Shown here piece after piece: positions 40,422-60,357 of a DNA stretch of 64,000 bases (position 1 is the first letter of the stretch; each line of letters begins with the position of its first letter). A program made the position numbers and the translations under genes. Where the stretch lies: the NCBI GenBank assembly GCA_951406725.2, contig OX597819.1, positions 123,690,001 through 123,754,000 on the forward strand. Reading direction: 5' to 3'. The notes below the pieces were generated by a model. The model searched no databases. It saw only the letters and a program-made list of their open reading frames with translations, and was not told where the DNA came from. This DNA is from Octopus vulgaris. Its lineage: Eukaryota.

Positions 40422-42001
40422 TTACCTTGTCGTGAACACTAAATGCTGAAAGAGAGGCAAATCTGAACTGTCTACGAGAGTAGATGCCACTTAGATTTTA
40501 GTCAACATTCTACAACTAGTTGAGTTAACTGCCAGAAGCACTGGAAAAGTGAATGAAAGTATTAAGCATCTCTTAATGAAAGTGCTGTAAGGTAACCCAA
40601 AAGGTCTATGTGCACAGGCTGTGTCAGTCAAAGTGTGCATTTGGGATTGCCGTCTGCCTTACACTGTATGCCGCCGAGCTTTTTTATCTCAGAGAAAATC
40701 TGTTCGTAGATGTGTTTAATATTCAACATATAATATCGAAGAGAATCAAAAACACCTGCAGCAAAGATTCATGGGAAATTCCGACACGTTTCTTCCTTCT
40801 TGGAGCTTGCCAATTACGTGTCCCAATTGTAACATGCTTCAGTGAAATTCTTGTTACGATATACACTATTTCATTGAACATCTATTCCATAACTTATTTT
40901 ACCACTACAACCTCATAAGATACGATGTAAAGATGCACTAATTGGTCTTATATTGATTTATATTCTATTTAATTTTTGTCCGTTAAACATTAGTTAGTTA
41001 GGGAGGGAGAGGTGGAGTGATCAAAAAGTGGAGTAAAATTAAGAGAGAGAGAGATGGGAGGGGCGAAAGTGGTGAAGAAATAAAAAAGCAGGAAGTAGAT
41101 GAAGGTGATTAATATTAATACACTTCGGTCAAATGCGTCACATGGTCAGCTGAAGGTAGATGCGAAGAATAAGAGAAACAGACGACAAGAGAAAAAGTGA
41201 CAAAAGTATTAACGAAGCGCAGTCGGGTGTTGAATGAATATTTATTACGTGGTTAAAAAGTTAACTGACGGGAAAGGTAGATAGAGAGAGATGGACAGGG
41301 TAGGGAATTATATTGAGAAAGAGAGAGGCAGATAGAGGTTGTGGTGAATTTTTTTTTTATGAGGACCATCGCTTAACGCATAGGGGCTATTATGTATGGT
41401 CTGTTGCTTAAAAAATTGATATTCTTTTATGAGAGTTAATTTAGCCTAAATTCTAGATTCACAAGGTACACGGTTGCAAGGTGCCCAAGAAAGACTGCAT
41501 AGATATAGAATTCGGATCAGAGAGAAACAACGAGAAAATATAACAAAAAGAGGAAAGAAACAACACCGGTGGAGACGGGAGGAAATATATGTAGTCGAAC
41601 GTCAAGAATATTTACAGAAAGCTAAACTATGAATGCTATAAAAATACAAATCATCCTTTATTTCTTGAATAGGCCCTCTAATTTTTTTTTTCTATTTAGA
41701 GGGATTTCCAAGAGTCCAACTAATATCACACAGCCTACCATTTGATTTTCAGATATCCATAATTTTTCATCCCTTTTCTAGCCCACTTTTTCATAATCCA
41801 TTTCAGCCACTGTCATATTTAAACAGACATTTTTATGACAATCCCACGTACGGGCTGCTTTAATGATATGTTCTCAATTCTGATATGTTATGAAATTTAC
41901 TCTCTTACAATTATACTATATTTTTCTTAAAAGTATATATGTTCGTACAACACACCTCTCCTATTCAAAGAAATGTGATTATATATTAGTTTCTTTTACA
42001 G

Positions 42002-42069
42002 GTTGCACACCAGCCCATATTGTAGCAGATATGCTCCAATTTATACTTCCAGGATTGAAACGATGTTAA
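42002..42069 (+). CDS. Paralog 2, terminal coding exon (SCTPAHIVADMLQFILPGLKRC*)
   Basis: Acceptor tttcttttacAG. 68 nt to TAA. Homologous to 13555-13622. Exons 1-5 total 450 nt = 149 aa + stop. Confidence 0.88.
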
Positions 42070-42117
42070 ATGGAAATCACACCTCTGCGTGTTGAGCAAT
42101 TCCTTTCGAAATAATAT

Positions 42118-42133
42118 AATAAATGTCAATAAA
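42118..42133 (+). promoter_or_regulatory. Polyadenylation signals of paralog 2
   Basis: Two AATAAA hexamers (42118, 42128) about 50-60 nt after the stop codon. Confidence 0.6.
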
Positions 42134-42363
42134 CTGAAATATGGCGCTTAAAGTAAATTTCATAATCAGATGATTGTTATTGATGTACCTGCCACTTGCG
42201 TTTATGCAAATTCTTTCTTCAAACGTCTACGCTTCTTTAGATACAGAAATGTATATTTCTTGTTATTGCCAGCAGTCTTTCATGTGTTGGCTAGATTACG
42301 TCTACAATCACATCACAATTATCACGTTGCTACAGTGGCTACAGGTGAGATTATGCTGAGAGG

Positions 42364-42425
<62 letters not shown>

Positions 42426-42862
42426 CACTCTCATACACACATGTATACATATATATGTACTCGCCTTCACCTTCGAAACGTAGAGTAGATGAAACCATGG
42501 CGACTGAAGAAGGGTTTTTTTCTTTGTGTTAATTGTCCTGTATTCTATTTTTTTGTTGTTTAAAAAAATGTCCTGTTCCTTGGGTTTGTGTCTATGTTTT
42601 CGTTTCTCATTGTGTTCGACGTTTTTTTGGTGTCCTGTACTCATATATGCGTGTATATATACATGTAGAGGTAGGTACGTACATATATGTATATATATAT
42701 GCATATGTTTTATTTATTAATATATTATATGTATATATACATATGTATATATATATATGATATATATTTATATATATATATATGTGTGATATATGTTTAT
42801 ATATATGTATATATATATATATTTACACAGACATACACATATATATGTATGTATATATATAT

Positions 42863-42917
<55 letters not shown>

Positions 42918-42920
<3 letters not shown>

Positions 42921-43210
42921 CAGAGTCATACATAGGTGAGACTTCTAGGAGTATCTATGATAGGCTCTAAGAACACCTGGTCAACTACATTGAAAGGAAG
43001 CCAAACTCCTATCAACATGCTGTAGACTGCCACAAGGGATCCTTAGGGAAACTTAAGTTAAACATCCTATCAACACATCCCACCGATGCAATGTTGAGAC
43101 AGGTCACAGAAGCTGTTCGTAGACAAGAATACAAACCTACTCTCAACCGAAAATCCGAATGGAGTAACATCCAGATCCCATTCAGGAGGACCATTCCATA
43201 ACCAACCCTC
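42918..43210 (+). mobile_element. PLE GIY-YIG remnant
   Basis: [18 protein letters not shown] immediately after (TA)n. Confidence 0.65.
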
Positions 43211-44866
43211 TCTCTCGTTTACATGTAATCCTTACATACATGTTGCAATGCGTGGTGCTAAAACACTTATGTGCAGTTACATATAACCGTTGTTTGATAC
43301 GTATGTGCGTGTGTGGTGCTATAGACAAAAAAATGCACATGCGTGCACATATGAGTGTGTATGGATGTATGTATGTATTGTATATGACTGCGTTTATGCA
43401 TATATAAAATATAAAAAAAGAGCAGATAGGTTAATATAATGCAGGTTCGATTTTTAACCGTTACCCTCGAATACTGTGTCATATTTTGTATGTAAGTATG
43501 TGTGTGTGTGCGTATGTATGTTTATGCGTGTGTGTGCGTGTGTGTGGGTGTATGTGTGTAATAAGACATATGTATGTAGAAGTGGATATGCATATATGAG
43601 TATATAATTTAAGATTATAAGTATATTTATGAGGGCGTCTATATGATTGTATGTACTTGTGTATATGAATATGGTTATATGTGTATGTGTGTAATAGGAC
43701 ATATGTATGTAGAAGTGGATTAGCATATATGAGTATATAATTTAAGATTATAAGTATATTTATGAGTGTGTCTATATGATTTTGTGTACTTGTGTATATG
43801 TATATGGTTATATGTGCACAGTTGCACCTAGACGTTGTATCCATTCACCGTTAGACGATGATGAGAGGAACAAACACACACCCACACATATATGTATGCG
43901 TGTGCGTCTATACAAACAAACAAACAAACAAACATATGTGTGTATATATACAACCTTCAACAAAGTAACAGTCAAGTACACAACTTAGACGGACACATAC
44001 CAGTACACGTGCACTTACATGCACTTACATGCACTTACACATGCACTTACATACACTTACACATGCACTTACACATGTACACACACACACACAGACGCGT
44101 CTGCCCATTCTCCTAGATACTCACATACATACGTAGCACATATGTACATACATACATACATACATGCGTATGGGCTTACGCACGTACATACGCAAGTACA
44201 TGTACACACACACATACATACGCACATGCATACGTGCGCATATACATACATACGCACATGCGTACGTACGTGCATACACACATACATACATACGCACATA
44301 CATACGTATATATATATATAACCTGAACTAACTAGATGTAAGGGAGAAAAGGAAATATATATATATATAATAATAATAAATAAATAAATAAAAAATAAGT
44401 AATTGTAAAACAAAAGTTTTGTGATATAGAGATAAGTGACTGATAATAGGTTTTAGGGCTTTGTCTTGGGGTGAGGGTCGTAAATCACTTCCTTGTCTCT
44501 ACAGGTTTATAGCTTTAAGTTTATAGTGTGTGTGTGTGTGCGTGCATATACACACATACATACACACAGGCGTACGTACGTACATACATACATGCATACA
44601 TGCGTGCATACATACATACACACGTACGTACATATATATAACGAACTAACTGTTACTTTCTCAGATGCAGCACGGATTTTTGTCAGTGAACAGGTCGCGG
44701 TCTTAAAGCGACGAAAATATTTTGACAAATGAAACTTAAATGTTGAAGTGAATCGAACGGCTTTTGTGTGTTTCTTAAATGGCTTACAAACACCTTCCAC
44801 GCTGCAATTGTTTTCGTTTCAGCACACGATCTCAGATCAAATCACTTGCTATGCAATTACATCTCC

Positions 44867-44914
<48 letters not shown>

Positions 44915-44917
<3 letters not shown>

Positions 44918-47900
44918 AAAATGCAATTTAAAAGATGTTTATTTACTTTACCGGTTTCACTCTTTGGAAAAAGATTGTCAAAAGTAACATGTAGAAGTTT
45001 GGTTGCGTTAATTATTGGTTGTTGCAAATTGCTACATTACATATATACAGTCTTTGGTAACAGGGACATGTTAAGGACATAAAAAATTTCAACAAGTTCC
45101 TTAAAATATTGGACACAAAAGATTACTACATAAGTAATCGTTCTCAAGGACATGCCTAAGATATTTCCAGAAGGAATTGATATTGGTATTGTATCTGTAT
45201 ATTCAAACATGCACAGAATATTGGTTGACACAGAGTACTATAATCCATATAAATATACATTCTTTGGTGACAAGAGTATGTTGAGAATATAAAAAAGTTT
45301 AACAAGCTCATTGAAATAATGGGCACAAAAGATTACAACAAATATATTATACATCTCAAGATAATTTCCAGGAGGAATTATTAAAAAAGTTCAGTATACA
45401 CGTACAGAATATTATGAGTTCAAAAAGATTTACATTGTAATAGTGGTGAAGCTAAAACTGACCTGTCCGATATGGTAGCGTAAAAGGAGGAGTAATGTGG
45501 AACTGAAAAGAATTTACCCTTTTTCTTTTTTTGTCTCTCCTTCAAGCATCAATGATTTTGGGGTCAGGATGGGGTGAGTGTGTGTGTCTTTGTGTGTGTG
45601 TGTGTGCGTGTATACATACATATGTGGTGTGAATAGATGTGTCTGTGTGTCTGTAAGATCTGGTAGGATGGTGTGTCCGTTTGTCAACCGCGTGTGTGGT
45701 TGTCTTGGTGTTATGTGTGTGTGTATGTATGTATGTGTGTGGATGGCTGCGTGTTTATATGTGTGTCTGTATGGAGGTGAGATTGGTGTGAGTGTGTGTG
45801 TCCTTGTGTATGTGCATATATATTCATCATTGAGGGCCTCAAATTTATTCTGCAAAACAACTTCATGAATTTCAATAATAACACTTACAGACAGGTTTCA
45901 GGAACTGCAATGGGTACGAAAGTTTTCCCTACCTATGCAAACCTGGTGATGGCCTACCTGGAATCACATATTTATGAAAAATCCAAATATAAGTACGGCC
46001 AGTCTTTCCACAAATACCTGTTGGAGAACAGGCAACGCTACTTAGATGATTGCCTCATCCTATGGTCCCACACACTCGACCAACTTATTGACTTCAAAAA
46101 CCTTATCAACAGTGTAAATAACCACATTCAATTCACAATGGAATATAGTCAGGACCAACTCCCTTTTCTTGACATTCTAATCATTAAAAAAGGCGTCAAC
46201 ATTGAAACTGACATCCATTACAAACCCACTGACTCTAAACATTACCTTCTATTCACCTCCAATCACCCAAAACACACAAAGACAAATATCCCCTTCAACT
46301 TAGCGAGAAGAATCTGCACAATTGTCTCAAATGACACAACACGAAATAGAAGACTCCGGGAACTAAGTCAATTCTTCTCGAAAGACATTACCCGGCATCA
46401 GTAGTGGACAACGGAATAGAACGGGCTAAATCAATTAACACTCAAGACTTACGAAAACCTAAACACATCCACAGTACAGTAAATAGCCTCCCCTATCTCT
46501 CAACACACAACCCAAGAAATGCAGAAGCTTACACTATTATATACAACAACATTCCACAGCTAAATCAAGACCCACGCCTAAAAAAATTACTGGCAGCTCA
46601 TAAAATAATAAAAAGTAAGAGACAACCTAAATCCCTAAAAAACCTCCTCACCAACGCAAAATTACATAACACAAACCCACCGCCCACCGTCAAAAAATGT
46701 GGTCGTCTCAACTGCAGGACTTGCATCCACCTCATTGAGGGATCGACGTACAAGTTCCGGTCGGTACACACATTCATCATAAAAAATAATTTCACGTGCG
46801 CATCAAAAATGCACTCTACGTCATAAGGTGTGAAGGGTGCCACGAAGACTATATAGGGCAAACGAGCCTTACCCTCAGAGAAAGAATGACAGTTCACCGC
46901 CAACAACTGAGGGACCCCTCCACAAGACAGATACCACTAAGTGGACACTTAGACCTCTGTGCACACAATAAGTCCCCCAAATTCTTAGTTTTCCACCATA
47001 CCAATGCCCGGACAACACCACAGACCAAACACGAATAAATAGGGAAAATAATCTTATTCAAAAATACAGACCACAACTAAACATACTCTAACATACTCCC
47101 CAGGCACACATCCAAAACATACACACAAAGACACACGCACACTCGCACCGTATCATGCAAACAAACACATACACAGATCAGCACACATCCAACACACTAA
47201 CAAACATTGACCACAAACATACACAACACGCACACGCATACATTATATATATGTATGTTATGTATGTATATGTTATATATGTGTATATGTATGCGTTGTG
47301 TGTGTATATATGTATATATGTATATATGTATGCATTATATGTATGTATTTATATGTGTATATATGTTGTATATATGTATATATATGTGTATTGTATATAT
47401 ATATATATATGTATGCATTGTATATGTATATGTGTATGTGTGTATGCATTGTATGTGTATGTGTATGGTATGTATATGTATATGTATGTGTACGTTATAT
47501 GCATGTATATTATGTGTGTGCATTATATATATATGCATTATATGTATGTGCATTGTGTATATGTATATTATATGTATGTGTGTTGTATGTACATTATATG
47601 TATATGTATGTGTATATATGCATTGTATATATGTATATTGTATGTGTGTTGTATATATATGTATACATATATATACATTATATGTATATATATGTATACA
47701 TTGTGTATGTGTATGTTATGTGTATATGTGTTATATGTATGAATATATATATACATTGTATGTATGTATACTGTGTGTATATGTGGTATGTGTATGTATG
47801 TGTATGTATACATTGTGTATATGTATATGTATATATGTATATGCATTGTGTATATATATATGTTATATGTATATATATGTTATATATATATATTGTGTAT

Positions 47901-48495
47901 GTGTATTATATATGCTGTGTATGTGTATTATATGTATATATGTGTTATGTGTATATATGTTGTATATATATTATGTATGTATATATGTGTGTGTGTGTAT
48001 TATATATATATGTATGTTGTGTGTGTGTATTATATATATATGTGTGTTGTATGTGTGTGTGTGTGTGGTGTATGTAAGTGTGTAGTGTGTGTGTGTGTAA
48101 TGTATATATGTGTGTGGTATGTGTATGTATGATATGTATATATGTATATATATATATATGTAGTGTTATGTATGGCCCACACACACACGTAGACACATGT
48201 ATACATATATATACACACACAAAGACGCGTACACCCACACCGTGTGTACTCACACACACAAGCACATACTCAATACCAACAAACGCAAAACGCATATACA
48301 CGCATGCCACACAGATACACCCAACAGACATGGACACACATACGAACAAACACATACACACTAACGCACACGCAACACACTAATAAACATTAACCACACA
48401 CATACACACACACACACACAAACGGGCACACATATACTCACACCATCCTACCCCCAAAAATTCTTTAAATAACACACATCTATTTACACCACAAT
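44915..48495 (+). mobile_element. Penelope-like retroelement (5'-truncated, frameshifted) with inverted tail
   Basis: RT 45796-46404 (YRQVSGTAMGT, RYLDD, LPFLDI). Thumb and Cys linker at 46404-46826. GIY-YIG LYVIRC..DYIGQT. 45540-45650 mirrors 48430-48495. Confidence 0.9.
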
Positions 48496-48520
48496 TGATG
48501 AAACCTGAACGAAGGCCGTC

Positions 48521-48596
<76 letters not shown>

Positions 48597-49198
48597 GTCT
48601 GTTGTTTGTGTCTGTGTTTGTTCCCCACCATCGCTTGACAACCGACGATGGTGTGTTCGGTAAAAGAGACCAATACAATAAGTACTAGGCTTACAAAGAA
48701 TAAGTCCTGGGGTCGATTTATTCGAGTCAAGGTGTTATTCCAGCATGGCCGCAGTCAAATGACTTATAGAAATAAAAGAGGAATCATTTAGATGATGATG
48801 TAAGTATATCGTACACATTATCATTTATTACGTGTATAAAAAAAAAGACAATTTAAAAATTGGAGATTTAGCAGTAAATTTTAAAAGTGTTGTCATTAGC
48901 TAAATTATCTACTAGACTGAGGGAAATATTTTATTTATTTTATTAAAAAAATATACTATTTGGAACTTTCTTAGTGATTGCCATTCAAAATCTGATAACG
49001 GGAGGAAACGGAACAAATTTTGTCCATTTTAATAAATTTGCATATGACATTTTATGACTCACATGATAAATCAAGAACAAGTTCTAAGATGCAATTGCTA
49101 TTTTCATGAAGACCCGAAAGATATTTATTATGAAATACTGCTAACAGCTGTTGTCTGCAATAGGCTAATCGTTTTGTAGGTGTTCGAAAATTTATCAT

Positions 49199-49240
49199 AT
49201 GATTTTTCATCTCCAATGTAGTTACGTTCAACTTAGTACG
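49199..49240 (+). CDS. Paralog 3, probable first major coding exon (MIFHLQCSYVQLST)
   Basis: Identical to 26769-26810; donor GTAAGT. Confidence 0.6.
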
Positions 49241-50056
49241 GTAAGTAAAAATGTGCAATGTTATGTTTTGGCAGTCAGGTTCGATAAAGAATTATATAAT
49301 AATTGAAGGAGATTACAATACCAGTTCCATGGCAGAAATAATTTTGTTTTTAATGAGTAGAGTCGTTAATATATTTCATACTTATTAGCTTTCCATGTTG
49401 TTATCTTAAAGAAAAGGTAATCCAAAGGCCGCAAGTGATCCACTCGTAGTGCAGTCCATATTTGTTCCATGTACTTCTCAAGATTTTTGCTCACTGTTTC
49501 CAGGGCTCCGACAATTATTGGTACTACTACCACCTTTTTCATCAACCACAACCGCTTAACCTCCAAAGCTAACCTGCAATATCTATCGACTTTTCTTTCT
49601 TCCTTATCGCATACCTTGTTGTCAGCTGGGCATGCGATATCTATGATCCGGCATCGTTTGCTTTCTTTCGCAATTTACCCTGATTTCTCAATAAACACTG
49701 GTTTCCTATTCTCTATCGCATGGTCGAACTGACTCATAAAATCCCATACAATCGTTGCATTACCCTTTTTGATGATGCCTTCAGGGTTATGTTTGCACCA
49801 TTTTTTGCTCTTTAAAGTTCATACCTGTTGCAGTGTCCAATGGACAATCCTTGCTCTATTGTCATAACGTCTCTTCTATTCTTTCTGTGTTAATGTCATA
49901 TATTGACTGGTAATATGCCATACGGTTTCACCACTTTTTTCACAAATTCTACACGTGTCACTCTCTGATGTTGTGTATTCTGTATGTGATATAATTTGTT
50001 CTAAATACTTGCTCTTGGGCAGCACCGTTTCACTTTGATCATCCATTATCATTATA

Positions 50057-50089
<33 letters not shown>

Positions 50090-50571
50090 GTTGTTGTTGT
50101 TGTTGTTGTTGTTTTTGTTGTTGTTATTATTACTATTATTATCATTATATGTTTGACTTTTGCTTTGAATTTGTACAAGATGGCTCTAAGTCTCCCCCCA
50201 GAGACCTCAAAAGACAACAGTTAGAAGTTCATGTTGATGCTTTGCGCTGGGTGTCATATACTTGGTTTTGCACATAATATTGTTCTAGAGAATTTTTAAG
50301 AAAACATAAGAAAATTATAAATTTGTTTTAAAATTTGAGCTGACATAGACAGTATTGTAGGTAGCATATGGGCAGTTCCCATGAGGACTAACTTTTAAAT
50401 TTCTGCCATTTTTTAGTTTCCTTGTATCTGAGCAGGTTAGCAATCAGCCCGTTTTGCTATCATTCCTATGTCACCTATGACAACAGATAATGTGTTAGTT
50501 TTACGTTCCACATTTTGCCAATTTCTGTTTCAAGATATTTATACTTGCTCAGTTTATTATCATTATTAATA

Positions 50572-50653
<82 letters not shown>

Positions 50654-50682
50654 TACTACTACTACTACTACTATTATTATTA

Positions 50683-50738
<56 letters not shown>

Positions 50739-52520
50739 GATTGATGTGAAACTGTACATATGGTTCTGTACTGAATTATTGCAATCAATTAATTGAAATA
50801 TCGACCAACACAAGCTGAATGAAATGCTGCCGATATATTGGGTAAGATTTCCATTCTGCTTTTGGTAAATTTTTATCCAATTGTTCATGTTCTAATCCAA
50901 TGAAATATTTTCACCTTTCGACAAATTTTTCATATTTTCAAGGCGTAGAAAATGAACTACGATATTCAATGTTTTTTCCTCGGGATATTATTTAATAGGA
51001 TCCTTCGTGTCAACCTGGTCAAGAAGTTTGCTTCTTAACCCTGCGTTCTCAAGTTGCCTCTCACGCCAAGGCACCTTCATTGAGTGTCAGTAACTCTAAC
51101 CCAAACAAATCCTTATGTGTGTGTTTGTCAGACAGAAACTGTGGAGAAGTCCGTCGATGTAAGTGTGTGCTTGTGGGTTTGAATAAGGGCATCTTAGCAT
51201 TTGTCCTCAACTCTTCCATGTTAACAGCTGGTGTCAGTTTGTTGAACGTCACTATTGCCTAGCGGTTCGGCAGATGTCTATCAACAGATTAAGTGCAGCA
51301 GTTAAAAGAATAACAAGTACTTATGTCAATTTGACAGGCTAAACCCTACAAGGTAGTGTCCTAGATTTTCTGTTGTTCAATGGCTGAAAACAGTAATGTA
51401 GGATAATAAAGGGAAGGAACCCCTACGGTCATAAATGACTATTGGATTTCCCCTAGAGATATCGCTTCTGAAGCACAAATCCGAGCAATGTTGTTTATGG
51501 GAGACAAGCAATCGCCCATGCATACCAGCATCCCTTCTTCACGCAATCGATGTTATTCAAAGGAAATGGAATAGCCGATACAACTTAGCAACTGAGTTCT
51601 ACAGATGGGTGAACTGTAGCAACGTGAAACAAAGTGTCTTGCTCAAGGACACACTCCACAGCCCGGTCGTAAAATCGAAATCACTATCTCAAGATTGAGA
51701 GACCGATGCTCTAATCACTGAGCCATGCGCCTATTTTACTTTAGAAATGAAATGAAATGAAATGAAATAGCTGTAACTGGTATATAACTACAGAAGGCAA
51801 TAGTGTTGATAGTGTGTTGGTCGCGAGAGACCCGTCAGCACACGCTGCTACAGGGAAATTTAACAAGAGGTTTCCCAAGCAACATGCCAATGACGGAGGG
51901 ATTTCATAGGCACGCAGCGGAGTCAGGATATCCAAACCCAGTTACGAGCTTTGTCAATGATAAATATAATGACATTGATTTTGCCGTTTCCGGATAAATA
52001 AAGGATGAGTGGTCTTTCATAATATTTTTGTGGTAGACTAGGCCCAAGCATCGTAGACAGAAAGAGGTGGGAGGTGTTTTTGAATGAAATTTAAAGATTA
52101 TTTATATATTGTTTTGAGACACTAATTATGATACTATCATGTAGATAATTAACTGGGTCACAAATTCTGCCCTTCTTTAGGATAGGACCGTCTATCACAT
52201 GATTCCAAAACTAGAGATAGTTCGTTGTAAATAGAGACTCATAGAAAAACTTGGTTAGGATGAGAAGAAATTCTGAATATTTTTTTCTTAAAACTGTGAA
52301 TTCGACCAACCACATAAATGAATGTTCGATATCTTGCTGTGACTAACATAATTGACCCAATCTGGTTATTTGTAAAATATACATGCAACTAAAACCCTGA
52401 TGTTGATCATTTCGAAAATGTCAGTTGTACTCAATTATTTCTTAGAAATAAGAAACTAAGAATCAAATGAAAACAATTAATAAATATTGCGATATTTAAC
52501 ATGCTTCTATTTTTCTACAG

Positions 52521-52605
52521 ATGTGTATATATCCATTAGCTTTGTTTCCAGTTGTTCGAGTTATAGATGGTGGCGATACCGTCGTGAAAGATCTTATGAC
52601 GCGGA
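52521..52605 (+). CDS. Paralog 3, exon 2 (MCIYPLALFPVVRVIDGGDTVVKDLMTR)
   Basis: Same AG/GTAAGT boundaries and 85-nt length as 30771-30855. Confidence 0.82.
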
Positions 52606-54509
52606 GTAAGTTTTCATGTTATTCATCTTCTGATCGGGTTGACTGAACTTGACCCTAGTCAATGCTTATTCCTTGTCATACATCTGAGTCCCACTTGCCC
52701 CTTGTAAAATTTCAAATCTCCAAACATACTGGATTCTCTTCTGAGCTATTCTCGGGCCTGAGTATTCCACTAGGACAATTCCCCTAAGTTTGTACTCTTC
52801 TCCGTTGGGAATCAGATCTAGAAGTAATTTATCCGAAAATACAGTTATACACTGATGCAATAGAAGACTTTAACATTTAATATCTCTTTAAAAGACAACT
52901 GAACTCAAGAACAAAATGCTGAATTTCTCCGTAGAACCGCATCTTGTCACCCACGACTACGTTCAGAACTATACACACTGCTTAACAGCAAAATATGACG
53001 TGTTTCTATTTTCGGTATCACTTTTAGAATTCCTGCATATGTAAATCATACATGAAAACGTTGACCATTTCGAAGTTCTGTCTTCTATTATACCTATTTC
53101 TTTATTACCCACAAGGGGCTAAACATAGAGGGGACAAACAAGGACAGAAAAACGGATTGAGTCGATTACATCGATTCCAGTGCGTAACTGGTACTTAATT
53201 TATCGACCTCGAAAGGATGAAAGGCAAAGTCGACCTCGACGGAATTTGAACTCACAACGTAACGCCAGACGAAACACCGCTAAGCATTTCGCCCGGCGCG
53301 CTAACGTGTCTGCCAGCTCGCCGCCTTCATTATACCGTTGGCTCACTTCACTGCCTTTTCCGTCTATATTTGCAATTACTATACAATGTTTTCTACCGTA
53401 GATTTCATATTCCCTCATCGCCCCAGCGTATTCACTTACTAGGCATTTCCAGGTTATTTTTTATATGGATTAATACTGCGGCACATTCCATACCACTAGA
53501 ACGTTCTCTCTATCCGTGCCATAACACCGTGCTATGCAATTCAATATTCTTTTCTACTATAGGCACAAGTCCCAAAATTTTGGGGGAGTTGGGCCAGTCG
53601 ATTAGATCGATACCAGTATGCAACTGGTACTTAATTTATCGATCCCGAATGGATGAAAGGCAAAGTCAACCCTGGCAGAATCTGAACTCAGAAGTAGACA
53701 GACGAAATACCGCTAAGTATTAACGTTTTTTTATTTCTTTATTGTCCACAAGGGGCTAAACATAGAGGGGACAAACAAGGACAGACAAAGGGGTTAAGTC
53801 GATTACATCGACACCACTGCGTAACTGGTACTTATTTAATCGACCCCGAACGGATGAAAGGCAAAGTCGACCTCGGCAGAATTTGAACCCTGAACGTAAC
53901 GTCAGACGAAATACCACCAAAGCTTTTCGCCTGGCGTGATAATGTTTCTGCCACCTCGCCGCCTTATGCAATTCAATATTTCGATGAATTAAGGCGGTGA
54001 GCTGGCAGAAACGCTATCACGCCGGACGAAAAGCTTAGCGGTATTTCGTCGAGGTCGACTTTACCTCTCATCCTCTCGGAGGTCGATTAAATAAGTACCA
54101 GTTACGCACTGGGGTCGAAATAATCGACTTAATCCATTTGTCTGTCCTTGTATGTCCCCTCTGCGTGTAGTCCCTTTTGGACAGGAAAGAAATAGGTATT
54201 TCGTCTGCCGCTACGTTGTGAGTTCAAATTCCACCGAGGTCGACTTTGCCTTTCATCCTTTCGGGGTCGATAAATTAAGTACCAGTTGCGTACTCGAGTC
54301 GATCTAATCGACTAATCTTTTCCCAAAAATTTTCAGGCTTTGTGCTCAGAGGAGAAAATAATATTTCGTGGAATTACATTTACAGGGAAGGCCTTAGGTT
54401 CGAAAATACACAAATAGAATGTTCATGGCTTCCACTTTTTTTTAAATAACGAAGTGCTGTGTTTTTCTTTTAATTTATAAACATATACCTTATTTTATTC
54501 TGAACTCAG

Positions 54510-54632
54510 ATTGCCAAGGTTGTTACTACGAAGAAAGATGCTACTGTAATGGTGAGAGAGGAGTCGTAAAATCAAAAATTGATTGCAAACTAATATCATG
54601 CGAAAATTATCAGCTAGAAATTGTCCAAATAT
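54510..54632 (+). CDS. Paralog 3, exon 3 (NCQGCYYEERCYCNGERGVVKSKIDCKLISCENYQLEIVQI)
   Basis: AG/GTAAGT boundaries, 123 nt, phase 1-1, 6 Cys conserved. Confidence 0.92.
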
Positions 54633-54701
54633 GTAAGTTAATACAATCAAAAATTCTTCATTTAGATATTTAATATCCAACAAGATTACTGTTGATGTAC
54701 T

Positions 54702-54828
<127 letters not shown>

Positions 54829-55234
54829 ATAAAAATGGTAAGACAAAAAAGAAAGAAAGAGACCTCGATATTATGTAAGTAGAGGAATTTATCTGTAAAT
54901 CCGGTTAACTGAAGAGATGGCGGCGTGGTTTTTCACCTCAACATCCGAAACTCGGAAGTTTATCATGGCTAGTGTAAAGAAGCAAAAATAAATCTCAGAG
55001 CGAGTTATAAACAGTAACTGCAACACATCATAGGTTGAAGACGGGAAGGATGGCCTCCCTTTGCAAATACTGATAGGGCACAGAAAATGTGTCAATAGCC
55101 AGCTGGGGGAGGTGTCCTCCTGGGGCTACAAGCTACAGTAGCATCAACCCTTAAGGGTTAGCCATATTTAAATGGCAAATATACTTCACGATTAGTTGCA
55201 GCTACAGTTTATAACTAGCTCTGAGATTTATTAT

Positions 55235-59358
<4,124 letters not shown>

Positions 59359-59389
59359 TAATACCTGTACATCATCTCCAAACCTTCCA

Positions 59390-59466
<77 letters not shown>

Positions 59467-59592
59467 CATATATCTATGCATGTATGTATACATACATGCT
59501 ACACTTGCGCCTACATACATACACATATACATACAAACATTTCATACATACGTACATACATACATACATACATACATACATACATACATACA

Positions 59593-59624
<32 letters not shown>

Positions 59625-59744
59625 CAAACGTGTTAGATTTGTTTGTAGGTAGATAGGCAGAAATAGGTAGATGAGCAGATTGAAAGAAATAAAGATAGGA
59701 AGAAAGAAACATAAGAAGTGAGGAATAAGAGAGAGCCTACCACA

Positions 59745-59942
59745 GTATGGGTGCCGCTAAAGATATCCATTTCGAATGTATTTCAGCATATTTTTTCGCA
59801 TTTATATGCCTTCCAGAAGTTATGTTTTCCTATGTTAAGGAGTTAAGGAGTTTTTTCCATGTCTTCCGTATCTCTTGTGCCTCTTTTTCCGGATTTCTTT
59901 CGTTTATTTCTGACATCCAAGGAGGTTGTGGTAGGCTTTCTC
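59745..59942 (-). mobile_element. Inverted fragment of the adjacent PLE 5' ORF
   Basis: Reverse complement of ~55853-56060. Confidence 0.8.
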
Positions 59943-60269
59943 TGTGTTTTTGCCAATGACAATGCACTTGACTGATCGACTGAATAATCCGTCAATCAAA
60001 TTGACGTGTAAGTGGCTGTGTATTCCACATGTACTTTCAAGCGTAATTCTCAGGACCAATCCGTCTGACAGAGGGAATAAAGTTGAATTATAGGTAAAAT
60101 TCATCTAGCTTTATTTTGGTAAAAGAAATGACATGTAACGGCCCAACGTAACAAAAATCATTGTTGCCCATCATTCCACGCAGTAGAATCGAACCCAGTC
60201 TACAGCTCGCAGTCGTGAAACAAACTTCTCAACTATTCGCCCGTACAATATATTTGTGTGTGCTTGTGT

Positions 60270-60328
<59 letters not shown>

Positions 60329-60357
60329 TGTGTGTGTGTAAATGTTTGTGTTTGTGT

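Noticed and set aside
47155-48383. Long Cys/Tyr/Ile/Met-rich ORFs
   Set aside because: Translations of degenerate (TA)/(TG) microsatellite within a PLE tail.
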